Source: an uncultured Verrucomicrobiae bacterium (GTDB lineage: Bacteria; Verrucomicrobiota; Verrucomicrobiia; Chthoniobacterales; UBA10450). From it: a stretch of DNA of 64,000 nucleotides. The translations under genes were made by a program, and so were the position numbers. The stretch is from NCBI GenBank assembly GCA_963726745.1, contig CAVSDR010000006.1, positions 1 to 64,000 of the forward strand, given 5' to 3'. How positions within the stretch are numbered: the stretch's first letter is position 1; each line of letters opens with the position of its first letter. The notes below the pieces were generated by a model. That model saw only the letters and a list, made by a program, of their open reading frames with translations, was not told the origin of the DNA and did not search any database. Shown in pieces: positions 53,501 through 64,000 of this stretch.

Positions 53501-54328
53501 GAGCGGCCAGAGCCGCGTGAGCGCCGCGCGATTGATCTCCGCCGCGCGCTCCAGGAGAGGCTGCGCGATCTTCGGGTGATCCAACTCGGAGACAAAGCGC
53601 TGCTTCAGCCGCGCATACTTCGGCGGCGAATGGGCGCCGCAGACATCGCCGCCCACGATCCGCGCCGCGCCGCGCAATTGCTCCAGCGCCCAAGCCACGT
53701 CCTCTACCGAAAAGCGCCCGTTCTCCCAGTTCGTCACCGCCTCGCCGACGCGCAGGCAATCGAGGTCGATCGTCACATAAATCGCTGCGCCAGCCAGCTG
53801 CCTAACGAACGCTTCAAACTGCGCGCGCCAGTTCTCCGCGCGCATCGCTCCCCGGCGTCCCTGTTGTTTCGCCGGGCGCTGGTCGACCCAGATGTGCAGG
53901 TCGATTTTGCCGGCGGTTTCCGCGCGGCGATTGCCGAAGAACTGCCCGGGCCACCAGACCTCGAAGTTCCCGCAGCCCCAGACGCTGGCCTGGCGCACCT
54001 GCGGGAGCTCGAGCGCACGATTGATCCAGCCGCCGCAGCCCCAGCGCGGCGGACGAACGTCCCAGTCCGGGTGATTATCGAACGAAATCAAGTGCACCGG
54101 CTCCGCGACCCGTCGCAGCCAAAGCCCGCTCAGGTGATGGAAATCGCCCGAGCCATAGAGCGTGAAAGCGCCCAGCTGCGGGAGCATCTCGCTGGCAAAT
54201 TCCTCGACCAAACGCGTGGGCGCGGAGAAGCGCAGCGGCGGTCCCCACCGGCGCGCGTCGAGCACCGGCAAACCGAGCACGCCGGACTCCCAGGCATCGT
54301 CGAGCTGAAGGTGAAACGCCGCGGCCAA
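53489..54328 (-). CDS. Arginase/ureohydrolase-fold protein; start uncertain
   Basis: GSGDFHHLS, FDNHPD, YVTIDLDCL, GGDVCG. Confidence 0.78.
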   Translation of the reverse strand: MAAAFHLQLDDAWESGVLGLPVLDARRWGPPLRFSAPTRLVEEFASEMLPQLGAFTLYGSGDFHHLSGLWLRRVAEPVHLISFDNHPDWDVRPPRWGCGGWINRALELPQVRQASVWGCGNFEVWWPGQFFGNRRAETAGKIDLHIWVDQRPAKQQGRRGAMRAENWRAQFEAFVRQLAGAAIYVTIDLDCLRVGEAVTNWENGRFSVEDVAWALEQLRGAARIVGGDVCGAHSPPKYARLKQRFVSELDHPKIAQPLLERAAEINRAALTRLWPLLAD

Positions 54329-54413
54329 GCCCGGAGTTTCGCCACGATCGTGCCCGCCGACAACCGCGATACGCGCAGCGCGGGGCCGTCTCGCGAATCT
54401 TGGACAGGGCGCG

Positions 54414-54881
54414 ATGAAATCGAGGGCAAAGAAGCGAGACGACCGGGATTTGTTTTGCAAAGTGCAGGACGTTTTTCGCGTCTTCGCGCGCCGCTCCTCC
54501 GACGTTCTCGGGACCGCCTGGTCCTTCGTCATCGCGATCGCGGTGATCGTGATCTGGGGCGTGACCGGTCATCTTTTCAACTACTCCGACACCTGGCAGC
54601 TGATCATCAACACCGGGACCACCATCGTCACGTTTCTGATGGTTTTCCTAATCCAGAACACGCAGAACCGCGACTCAAAGGCGGTCCATTTGAAACTCGA
54701 CGAGCTCATCCGCGTGGCCAGCGGCGCGCGCAACCATCTCGTCGATATCGAGCGCCTTTCCGACCAGGAACTGCAAAAGCTGCAGCAGGAATTCGAGCGC
54801 ATCGGCCGGCAGGCAGACCGCGCCAAGGCCGAGGTGAGCGAAGTGAAAAAAGCCGTGCGCCAGGTTGCAGCGGCTCGCTAG
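54414..54881 (+). CDS. Low-affinity iron permease family membrane protein
   Basis: SDTWQLIINTGTTIVTFLMVFLIQNTQNRD..A.HLKLDELI. Confidence 0.88.
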   Translation: MKSRAKKRDDRDLFCKVQDVFRVFARRSSDVLGTAWSFVIAIAVIVIWGVTGHLFNYSDTWQLIINTGTTIVTFLMVFLIQNTQNRDSKAVHLKLDELIRVASGARNHLVDIERLSDQELQKLQQEFERIGRQADRAKAEVSEVKKAVRQVAAAR

Positions 54882-54890
54882 GCCGAAGAA

Positions 54891-55562
54891 TTAGCCGACA
54901 TCTTCCGCGCGTGCTTCCCCGGTGCGGATGAAAATCTTTCCGCTCGGGCAGAGCGCGAAAATCTCGCAGTGATGGCAATCCGGCTTGCGCGCAAAACAGC
55001 GTCGGCGTCCATGCCAGATGAGCCAGTGGCTCCACATTGTCCAATGTGCCCGCGGGACCAGCTTCATCAGGTCGGCCTCGATTTTCTCCGCGTCTTTTTG
55101 TTTCGTTAGGCGGAGGCGCTCGGAGAGCCGGGCGACATGCGTGTCCACGACCACGCCTTCGTCTTTCCCGAAAGCGTTGCCTAATACCACGTTCGCCGTT
55201 TTGCGCCCCACGCCGGGCAAGGCATGGAGCGCTTCCATCGAGTCCGGCACCTCGCCGCGGTGCTTTTCCACGAGCGCTTTCGCCGCCGCGATGATGCTCT
55301 TGGCTTTGCTCCGGAAGAAACCGGTCGAGCGGATCATGCTCTCGAGTTCATCGGGCGAAGCGGCAGCAAATTCCGCCGCCGACTGGTAGCGCTGAAAGAG
55401 CGCGGGCGTGACCAGGTTGACCCGCTTGTCGGTGCATTGCGCGGAGAGAATCGTCGCCACCAGGAGCTGCAGCGGCGTTTGAAAATCGAGTTCGCAATGC
55501 GCCGTGGGGTAAACTTTAGGCAGCACTTTCACCAGCTCTTGCACTCGTTCGCGCGCGGTCAT
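54891..55562 (-). CDS. nth: Endonuclease III
   Basis: LSAQCTD, LPGVGRKTANVV, VDTHV, C-x6-C-x2-C-x5-C 4Fe-4S motif. Confidence 0.95.
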   Translation of the reverse strand: MTARERVQELVKVLPKVYPTAHCELDFQTPLQLLVATILSAQCTDKRVNLVTPALFQRYQSAAEFAAASPDELESMIRSTGFFRSKAKSIIAAAKALVEKHRGEVPDSMEALHALPGVGRKTANVVLGNAFGKDEGVVVDTHVARLSERLRLTKQKDAEKIEADLMKLVPRAHWTMWSHWLIWHGRRRCFARKPDCHHCEIFALCPSGKIFIRTGEARAEDVG

Positions 55563-55876
55563 GAACGCCACCTTCCCTTTTTCTTCGGCCGGCGCACGCG
55601 CCCGAGGAAAACCGTTCCGCGCCGGATGACCCGCCGGGCCCAGGCGTATTCGCTCGCGAGAATTGCCAGCCCGATCGGGATGACGAGGATCGCCGGGCCC
55701 GGGAGCACGATCATGACGATGCCGAGCAGGATGATGGTGACGCCGAGAACCGAGTAGACCACCTTCCGCACCACCGGCATGCGATCGAGCCCGAGGCGTT
55801 CGTTCACCCGCTTCTGCCAGGCGCGCTTGCGCGAGGCGAAGGGATGGCGTCGGGGAGGTCGCGGCGATTCCGGCAT
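55559..55876 (-). CDS. PGPGW-domain small membrane protein
   Basis: VLPGPAILVIPIGLAILASEYAWA. Confidence 0.8.
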   Translation of the reverse strand: MPESPRPPRRHPFASRKRAWQKRVNERLGLDRMPVVRKVVYSVLGVTIILLGIVMIVLPGPAILVIPIGLAILASEYAWARRVIRRGTVFLGRVRRPKKKGRWRS

Positions 55877-55884
55877 TGCTGCCG

Positions 55885-57156
55885 TCACTTTACCGCGAAG
55901 GGCGAAAGTTTCTGCTCCAACTGTGGCGGCAGATGCGCCACCAGGATGGTGCTCTCGCCTTCGTAGCGCTGCTCGAGCACGCGGCCGACGCGATGAACCT
56001 CCGCGATCAGCCCCTGCTCGCTCATGGGAATGCGAAAGCGCAGGTTAAGATGCCACGAGGAGACGGCGTCCTGCAGCGCTTGCACGAGTGCGCCCACGCC
56101 CGCCCCGGTGCGCGCGGAAATACCGACGCTGTGCGGATGGCGCGCACGGATCGAGTCGACGATTTCAGGATTGGGGAGCGCGTCGATTTTGTTGAAGACG
56201 AGCAGCGTTTGCTTGCCGAAGGCGCCGAGCTCCTTGGTCACTTCGTTGACCGCCTCGATGTGCTCGTCGACCCGCGGATGGCTCAGGTCGATCACGTGGA
56301 TCAAGAGATCGGCCTCGCTCACTTCCTCGAGCGTGGCCTTGAAGCTCTCGATCAATTGATGCGGCAACTTGCGCAAGAATCCGACGGTATCGGTCAGGAG
56401 CATGCGCTGTTTGTTAGGCAGGGTGAAGGCGCGCGTGGTCGGGTCGAGCGTGGCGAACAATCGATCCGCCGCGAGTACGTCGGCGCCGGTGAGGAGATTT
56501 AAGAGTGTGGATTTGCCGGCGTTGGTGTAGCCGACAACCGCAGCCACGGGCCACTGGTGGCGCCGCCGGCCTTCGCGCTGGGTCGCGCGGACTTTGCGCA
56601 CGGTCTCGAGCTCGCGCTCGAGCCGCGCGATTCGCTCCTGCACCCGGCGCCGGTCGACTTCGAGCTGCGTCTCCCCCGGGCCACGCGTGCCGATGCCGCC
56701 GGTCTGGCGCGAGAGATGAGTCCACATGCGCGTGAGCCGCGGGAGCAGATAGTGCAATTGCGCGAGCTCGATCTGCAGGCGGCCTTCCCGGCTGCGCGCG
56801 CGTTGGGCGAAAATGTCGAGGATGAGCTGGGTGCGATCGAGCACTTTGCGGTTGAAGAGATGCTCGAGGTTGCGCCCCTGCGCCGGCGACAATTCGTTGT
56901 CAAAAATCACCGAGGTGACCTGCTGGTCCTGGAAGGATTGCTTGATCAGCTCGGCCTTCCCTTTGCCGATGTAATAGGGCGCGGTCGGCGATGGCAGCCG
57001 TTGCGTGACCGTGTCGACCACTTCCGCGCCGGCGGAGTTGACCAGCTCGCGCAATTCCTCCAGCGAATCGGCCAGTTCCCACTTCGAGGTGCCATCCTGC
57101 TCCAATCCCACGAGCAAGGCGCGCTCTGTTCGACGTGGCGCCTGGGTGTTAATCAT
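55885..57156 (-). CDS. hflX: Ribosome-splitting GTPase HflX
   Basis: GTRGPGETQLE, GYTNAGKST, LFATLDPT, DTVGF, NKID. Confidence 0.96.
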   Translation of the reverse strand: MINTQAPRRTERALLVGLEQDGTSKWELADSLEELRELVNSAGAEVVDTVTQRLPSPTAPYYIGKGKAELIKQSFQDQQVTSVIFDNELSPAQGRNLEHLFNRKVLDRTQLILDIFAQRARSREGRLQIELAQLHYLLPRLTRMWTHLSRQTGGIGTRGPGETQLEVDRRRVQERIARLERELETVRKVRATQREGRRRHQWPVAAVVGYTNAGKSTLLNLLTGADVLAADRLFATLDPTTRAFTLPNKQRMLLTDTVGFLRKLPHQLIESFKATLEEVSEADLLIHVIDLSHPRVDEHIEAVNEVTKELGAFGKQTLLVFNKIDALPNPEIVDSIRARHPHSVGISARTGAGVGALVQALQDAVSSWHLNLRFRIPMSEQGLIAEVHRVGRVLEQRYEGESTILVAHLPPQLEQKLSPFAVK

Positions 57157-58059
57157 CCGCCAGGAGCGAAGGAAGAACGGGCCCGCCGCGCGACAGAGGC
57201 GACGCTTTCGGAGAACGATTGGCCGGTTAGATTCAGCGGCTCAAAAGTACTTTGGCCGCGAAACCAGGTCAATTGCCTTTTGGCATACCGCCGGGTCGCC
57301 TGCTGGATCTCGGCGATGCACTCCGCCTCGGAAATTTTGCCAGCGAGATGCGCACGGATTTGCTCGAGCCCGAGCATCTTCGCGGCGGTCGGGCCGGGAA
57401 CGCCGGCCGCGCGGACTTCGTCGACCACGCCGCTGGGCAAAGATCGACTCGACCCGCTGGTCGATCCGTTCGCGTAACTCTTCGCGCTCGCGCAGGAGGA
57501 GGACGCCGCAGGCCTCCACGGTTTCGCCCGTGGGAGGGGTGCGCGCGGCGGCCAGCGGAGCATTCGTTAGGCGGCAAATCTCGAGCGCCCGGAGGAGGCG
57601 ATGCGGGTTGTGCCGATCGATCGTCGCCGCGCCTGCGGGATCGAGTGCCGCGAGCTGCGCGTGCAATTGCTCCGTACTCAAGCTCTGCAATTCCGCGCGC
57701 AGGGCGGGATCGGCCGGCGGCATGGGCGAGAGCCCATGCGTGAGCGCTTTCACGTAGAGGCCGTTGCCGCCAACAACGAAGGCCGGCTTCCCGCGCGCGT
57801 TGATTTCCCCGATCGCCGCGAGCGCGCGCCCGCGCCATGCCTCGACATTCATTTCCATCGCCAGCGGGAAACAGCCGACAAGATGATGCCGCACGCGGGC
57901 AAGCAGGTGCGGCTCGGGCTTGGCCGTGAGCAGGTCGAGCCCGGCGTAAAGCTGGAAGGCGTCGGCGCTCACGATCTCGCCGTCTAATTCCGCCGCTACT
58001 TCCGCGGCGAGCTCGGATTTCCCGGAAGCGGTCGGCCCGACGATGAAGAAGGCGCGCAT
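57153..58059 (-). CDS. miaA: tRNA dimethylallyltransferase; frameshift near 57438
   Basis: GPTASGKS, SADAFQLY.GLD..TAKP, GGNGLY, TRRYAKRQLTWF. Confidence 0.92.
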
Positions 58060-58077
58060 CCTGTTGCCTAACGAAAC

Positions 58078-58119
58078 AAAAACGGGAGACCAGCAGCTCG
58101 CGCCGCCTGGTCTCCCGTT
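58078..58119 (-). terminator. Probable intrinsic terminator after the RRM gene
   Basis: AACGGGAGACCAG...CTGGTCTCCCGTT stem, T-tract on the minus strand. Confidence 0.7.
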
Positions 58120-58144
58120 CCGTAAAACAAACTCGAGCGTTTCC

Positions 58145-58717
58145 CTAGCTGACCGTTTCGTGCTCGGTCGACTTCGCGCCGCTCACGAGGAGCTTGCGGC
58201 CGAGGAATTCCTTGTCGTGCAACTCGGTGACGGCGCGCTTGGCTTCGTCGACCGTGTTCATCTGCACGAAGGCAAAACCCTTCGAGCGCTGGTTGTGCTT
58301 GTAGGTCACGACCTCGGCGTTCTGCACCTGGCCGACGCCATTGAAGAGCTCGAAGAGGTCGCTCTCGGTGGCCTCGAAGGAGAGGTTACCGACATAAAGA
58401 CGCGGCGAAGTGACCTCAACCTGCTCCGGCTTGCGCGAGCTGGGAGCGTTCTCTCGATCGCGCGTCCGTGCGGGGGCGGCGGAGGGAGCGGTCGCGGTGG
58501 ACGCACCATTCCGGGCTGCCGCCGGGGCCGGGCGACGGGGGGACGTTTTCGCGCCGCCGCCGGTGAAGAAGCTGACGATTTTATCCCAAAGGGACTGCTT
58601 TGCCGGCGACTTCGCCGTGGTGGTGGATTTGGGCCGGTAAGGACGGTCGTCGTCCCGGCGACGGGAGCGGCCACCGCGCGAGCGGCGTCCATTTCTCCCA
58701 GATGATTGCGTTGCCAT
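58145..58717 (-). CDS. RRM (RNP-1) RNA-binding protein with basic disordered N-terminus
   Basis: RNP2 LYVGNL and RNP1 SKGFAFVQM. Confidence 0.9.
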   Translation of the reverse strand: MATQSSGRNGRRSRGGRSRRRDDDRPYRPKSTTTAKSPAKQSLWDKIVSFFTGGGAKTSPRRPAPAAARNGASTATAPSAAPARTRDRENAPSSRKPEQVEVTSPRLYVGNLSFEATESDLFELFNGVGQVQNAEVVTYKHNQRSKGFAFVQMNTVDEAKRAVTELHDKEFLGRKLLVSGAKSTEHETVS

Positions 58718-59120
58718 ATAGAACCTCAGTGATGACTGAATTAATGTTTGGGCGGAGCGCATCGCGTGATGCCCGGTCCCCAGCGCTGCGATCCCGCGGG
58801 ATCGATGCAAGTCGCACATGTGCAGTTTGCCTGGCTAATGGGAACTCCGCCTCGTCAAGACGTCGCAAGCTGATCCGAATGAATTGCCGTACCGCCTGAG
58901 TGACCCGACGACTCGGAAGAGCTGCGACAGCACGCAGACACATCTCCCAAACCCTCACTCGGAGTGAAAAGCGGAGGGCCGGGTATTCGAAAAATACTCC
59001 CGACATCTGACGAGGATTATGGAGGATGTGGGCGCTTTTGCAACCGGTATAACGAGCGGTCCACCCGGCGGATTCTGCGTCCCTACCAACTTGCCGCCTC
59101 TCTGCTAGAGTGCGCGCCTG

Positions 59121-60790
<1,670 letters not shown>

Positions 60791-60794
<4 letters not shown>

Positions 60795-62119
60795 GCCGGC
60801 AGGAGCGCGAGCGCGCGGTCGAGGCGCGCGAGGACTTTCTCGCGGCCGAGCACTTCCAGCAGGTGATAGAGGCTTGGGCCGGCGTTGCTCCCGGTCACCG
60901 CGAGGCGCGCAGGGTGCACCAGCGCGCCCACTTTCACGCCCAGGCTGGTAGCGATGGTTTTGAAACAAGTTTCGAGCGAGAGCGCATCGAAATGTTCGGT
61001 CTCGTCGAGTGCCTCGCGCAGCACGGTCAGCGGCTGGCGATTGGCCGGGACGAAATGCTTCGCCACGCCGTCGAGGTTGTAGGCAAAATCGTCATTGAAA
61101 TAGAAGCCGCCGTAAGCTGGCAGCTCGGCAAAGGTGCGCACCTTGCCTTTGCAGGTCTCGAGCGCCGCTTCCACATAGGCAGGCGCGAACGGCGCCAGAT
61201 CCACCCCGGCCCGGGCAAAGGCCGCGCGCGCCTCCGCTTGGAAGCGCTCCCCGGAGACTTCACGCAAATATTCGCCGTTCAGCCAGGTGCATTTCTCGAG
61301 GTCGAAGTGCGCGTTCTTGCGGTTGATGTTCTCGAGTTCGAAGAGCCCGACGACTTCCTCGAGCGCCAATTTCTCGCGGTCGTCCTTGGGCGACCAGCCG
61401 AGGAGGCAGAGATAATTCCGCACCGCTTCCGGCAAGTAGCCGCCCTCGATGTAGCTGGCTAAACTCGCGCCGGTGTCGCGCTTGCTCATCTTCGAGCCGT
61501 CCTGGTTCAGGATCAGCGGGATGTGCGCGAAGCGCGGCGGCTCCGCCCCGAGCGCGCGGTAGAGCTCGATGTGCTTCGGCGTGTTCGAGAGATGATCCTC
61601 GCCGCGGATGACGTGGCTCACCTTCATCTCGATGTCGTCGACCACGTTGACGAAATGGAAAATCCACGAGCCATCGGGCCGGCGAATGGTCATGTCCGGG
61701 TGCGTCTCCGGATTGGTCAGGTCGAAGTCGATCCGGCCGCAGACGAGATCGTCCACCACCACGTGCTCGCGCGGCGAACGGAAACGGGTCGCGCCGTTGT
61801 CCTCATAGAGATAACCAGCGTCCTGCAGCCGCTGCAGATGTTGCTGGTAAATCCCATCGCGCTGGCTCTGGAAATACGGCCCGCAATCGCCGCCGGCCTG
61901 CGGGCCTTCGTCCCAATCCAGCCCGAGCCAGCGCAGCCCGTCGTAGATCGCGGCCGCGGCTTCCTCGGTGTTGCGCGCCTTATCCGTGTCCTCCACCCGC
62001 AGGATGAAAGTGCCGCCGGTATGCCGTGCGTAGAGCCAATTAAAGAGCGCGGTGCGCGCGCCGCCGATGTGCAGATAACCAGTGGGCGAGGGAGCGAAGC
62101 GGACGCGGATGGGATTCAT
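60791..62119 (-). CDS. gltX: Glutamate--tRNA ligase
   Basis: RFAPSPTGYLHIGG, HVIRGEDH, KMSKR, anticodon-binding domain present. Confidence 0.93.
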
Positions 62120-62151
62120 GCGGCCCCTACCTTACCCGGACCGCTGACGGT

Positions 62152-63651
62152 TTAAAGCGGTGCCAGCGGCGACTCCGCCGGGCCGCCGATGACTTCGCCG
62201 GTCGGCTGGAAACGCGAGCCATGGCAGGGGCAATCCCAAGTCGTCTCGGCGGTGTTCCAGCGGACGATACAGCCCATATGCGGGCAGACCGCGGAGCGCT
62301 TGATCACCTTGCCTTCCGGCGTGCGATAGGCGGCAACCTTGCCGCTCTCGAGCTTGAGGATTTTCCCCTCGCCCGGCTTGAGCGCACGGACGGAGCTGCC
62401 CTCAGCGCGCGCGAAGTAACCTTTGATCAGGTGCAGCGGGTAATCCTTGTTCTCGAGCAGGTAGGTCCAGGCGCTGCCTTTGAGTTTCTTGCGCCCGGGC
62501 GCGAACAATTCCTGCCACGGATTTTTCGCACCCGTGACCCAATCCCGCGCCATCAATCCGCTGATTGTTCCAAAGGTCATGCCGTTGCCGGCGAAACCGG
62601 TGGCGATGAACTGCCGCTCCTCGTTCGGTCCGATATACGGAAGGCCGTCGGTGGTATCGATCACCTGGCCCGACCAGCGGAAGTCGATCTCCGCGCCGGG
62701 GAAAAGCTCACGGAATTCCTTCTCGAGCGCGCGGAAACGCGGCTCGGTTTTCCGCACCTGGCCAGTCTTGTGATCCTGCCCGCCCAGGATCGCGTAGTCG
62801 CCGCGCGCGCCTTCGTGGATCCGCAGATAGCTGTAGGGATCTTTCGTGTCCCAATAGGAAGCGATCGGCGCCGTCCCGCGCTTTAACGGCGCGCCCACGG
62901 CGTAGCTCGTGTAGAGCATCAGCTTCGTCTGGAAAAGCGCGGAGCCGGCCATCCCGCTCTCGCCCATGAGCGGATTGTGCGTCGCCAAAATCACGCGGTC
63001 GTACTTGATCTTCCGGCCATTCGCAGTTGCGACATGCTTCTCCGCGTCGAACTCCTCCACCTCGGTCTGTTCGAAGATCTGCGCCTTCATCGCCTGCGCC
63101 AGCCCCGCATAGTAGCGCCCCGCGTGGAACAGCGCCTGATCGGCGACGCGCACCCCGGGCTGTCCCATCAACGGCGTGGCCTCGACATAGGTGGCGTCAA
63201 AACCGAGTTCGTTCGCCAGGGCTGCGTCTTTCCGCAGGCTCGGCCGCTCGTCGCGCGTGCCACCATTGCGCGGCGCGTGCAGATAGCCGGGCACGCGCTG
63301 GAATTGGCACTCGAGCGCCTCCTTGCCCACGATCGCTTCGATCAAGTCGATCGCCGTCATCCCCGCATCCCAGGCAAGCCGCGCCGCGTCGCGTCCGAAA
63401 TTTTTCGCCAGCTCGTGCAGCCGGGTATCGGTCACGCAGGTCAGATGCGCGGTTGTGTGCCCGCTGTCGTGCGTCGCCAGGCGGTCGCGCTCCAGCAACG
63501 CCACCTTCAGGCCTTCTTCCGCGAGCAGGTAGGCACTCGTTAGGCCGGTGATTCCGCCGCCGACCACGAGCACGTCCACTTCGAGGTCTTTCTGCAGCGC
63601 CGGGAATTTTTTGAACTTCGCGGTCTCCAACCAATAGGGCGTCGTGTCCAT
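62152..63651 (-). CDS. FAD-dependent oxidoreductase with C-terminal Rieske [2Fe-2S] domain (YhfW-like)
   Basis: VVGGGITG; CPHMGC and WDCPCHGSRF. Confidence 0.92.
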   Translation of the reverse strand: MDTTPYWLETAKFKKFPALQKDLEVDVLVVGGGITGLTSAYLLAEEGLKVALLERDRLATHDSGHTTAHLTCVTDTRLHELAKNFGRDAARLAWDAGMTAIDLIEAIVGKEALECQFQRVPGYLHAPRNGGTRDERPSLRKDAALANELGFDATYVEATPLMGQPGVRVADQALFHAGRYYAGLAQAMKAQIFEQTEVEEFDAEKHVATANGRKIKYDRVILATHNPLMGESGMAGSALFQTKLMLYTSYAVGAPLKRGTAPIASYWDTKDPYSYLRIHEGARGDYAILGGQDHKTGQVRKTEPRFRALEKEFRELFPGAEIDFRWSGQVIDTTDGLPYIGPNEERQFIATGFAGNGMTFGTISGLMARDWVTGAKNPWQELFAPGRKKLKGSAWTYLLENKDYPLHLIKGYFARAEGSSVRALKPGEGKILKLESGKVAAYRTPEGKVIKRSAVCPHMGCIVRWNTAETTWDCPCHGSRFQPTGEVIGGPAESPLAPL

Positions 63652-63660
63652 CTTTTCTCA

Positions 63661-64000
63661 TTACGCGCCGGAAGCTTTTTCGCGCGTAGGCTTCTCCAGA
63701 AAAATCTTCCCCGCCCGCCGGCGCACGTGCCAGCCGCCGGCGAGATTGGTCTTCGCCGGCGACGCTCCCGCGAGCAGTGCCCGCACGCGCTCCACCGTGG
63801 AAAAATCCAGGCCGCCCACTCCCTCCGCGCGTAACCAGCCGAGGAGCAAACGCCGCTGCACCGCCGCCGGTTGGCCACGCAAGAAAGCGACGTCTAAATT
63901 TCCCGCGGCCATGGCCGGAAGCAGGCCGCCGATCCATTCCTCCTCGGCCGCGGCGATCGTCGCCGCGCGCCAAAGACTCTCGCGCACGGGCCGCCCGAGC
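63661..64000 (-). CDS. tilS: tRNA(Ile)-lysidine synthetase, C-terminal part (5' end outside window)
   Basis: RESLWRAA.I...EE, QPAAVQRRLL..WL, ERVRALL, NLAGGW.VRR pattern. Confidence 0.6.
   Translation of the reverse strand, partial: LGRPVRESLWRAATIAAAEEEWIGGLLPAMAAGNLDVAFLRGQPAAVQRRLLLGWLRAEGVGGLDFSTVERVRALLAGASPAKTNLAGGWHVRRRAGKIFLEKPTREKASGA

Noticed and set aside
1..58059. Mass pseudogenisation or programmed frameshifting (hsdM, decarboxylase, tamA, prpB, CoA-transferase, icmF, thiolase, ALDH, fatty acid oxidation alpha subunit, mscS, miaA)
   Set aside because: Single-base indels are scattered through otherwise intact conserved genes without accumulated stops; most simply explained as sequencing/assembly error, checkable against reads

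Overview
GC-rich bacterial chromosomal window. The organism is most likely Verrucomicrobiota (Chthoniobacterales-like), inferred from the 'NISTR' C-terminal-domain protein and the gene inventory. Many conserved genes are broken by single-base indels, which look like long-read assembly errors. Core content: type I hsdM, a PLP decarboxylase, tamAB, a class A beta-lactamase, prpDBC, acyl-CoA/thiolase/split-IcmF genes, a lat-aldehyde dehydrogenase lysine catabolism cluster, mgtE, rpmB, acpP, mscS, nth, hflX, miaA, glnS, gltX and the 3' end of tilS. Accessory content: a lower-GC island (~19.0-23.6 kb) bounded by gene remnants, two toxin-antitoxin-like modules and three REP-like repeat families. Two observations stand out. 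(1) Two distant paralogues of an uncharacterised ~205-aa helical+FN3-like protein each have an upstream 21-bp-period tandem array (one near-perfect, one degenerate), and each sits beside the same purine/pyrimidine REPIN-like hairpin family. (2) The heptamer CTAACGA/TCGTTAG is strongly over-represented with no strand bias (43 copies by hand count), often inside genes through otherwise uncommon CTA/TTA Leu codons.
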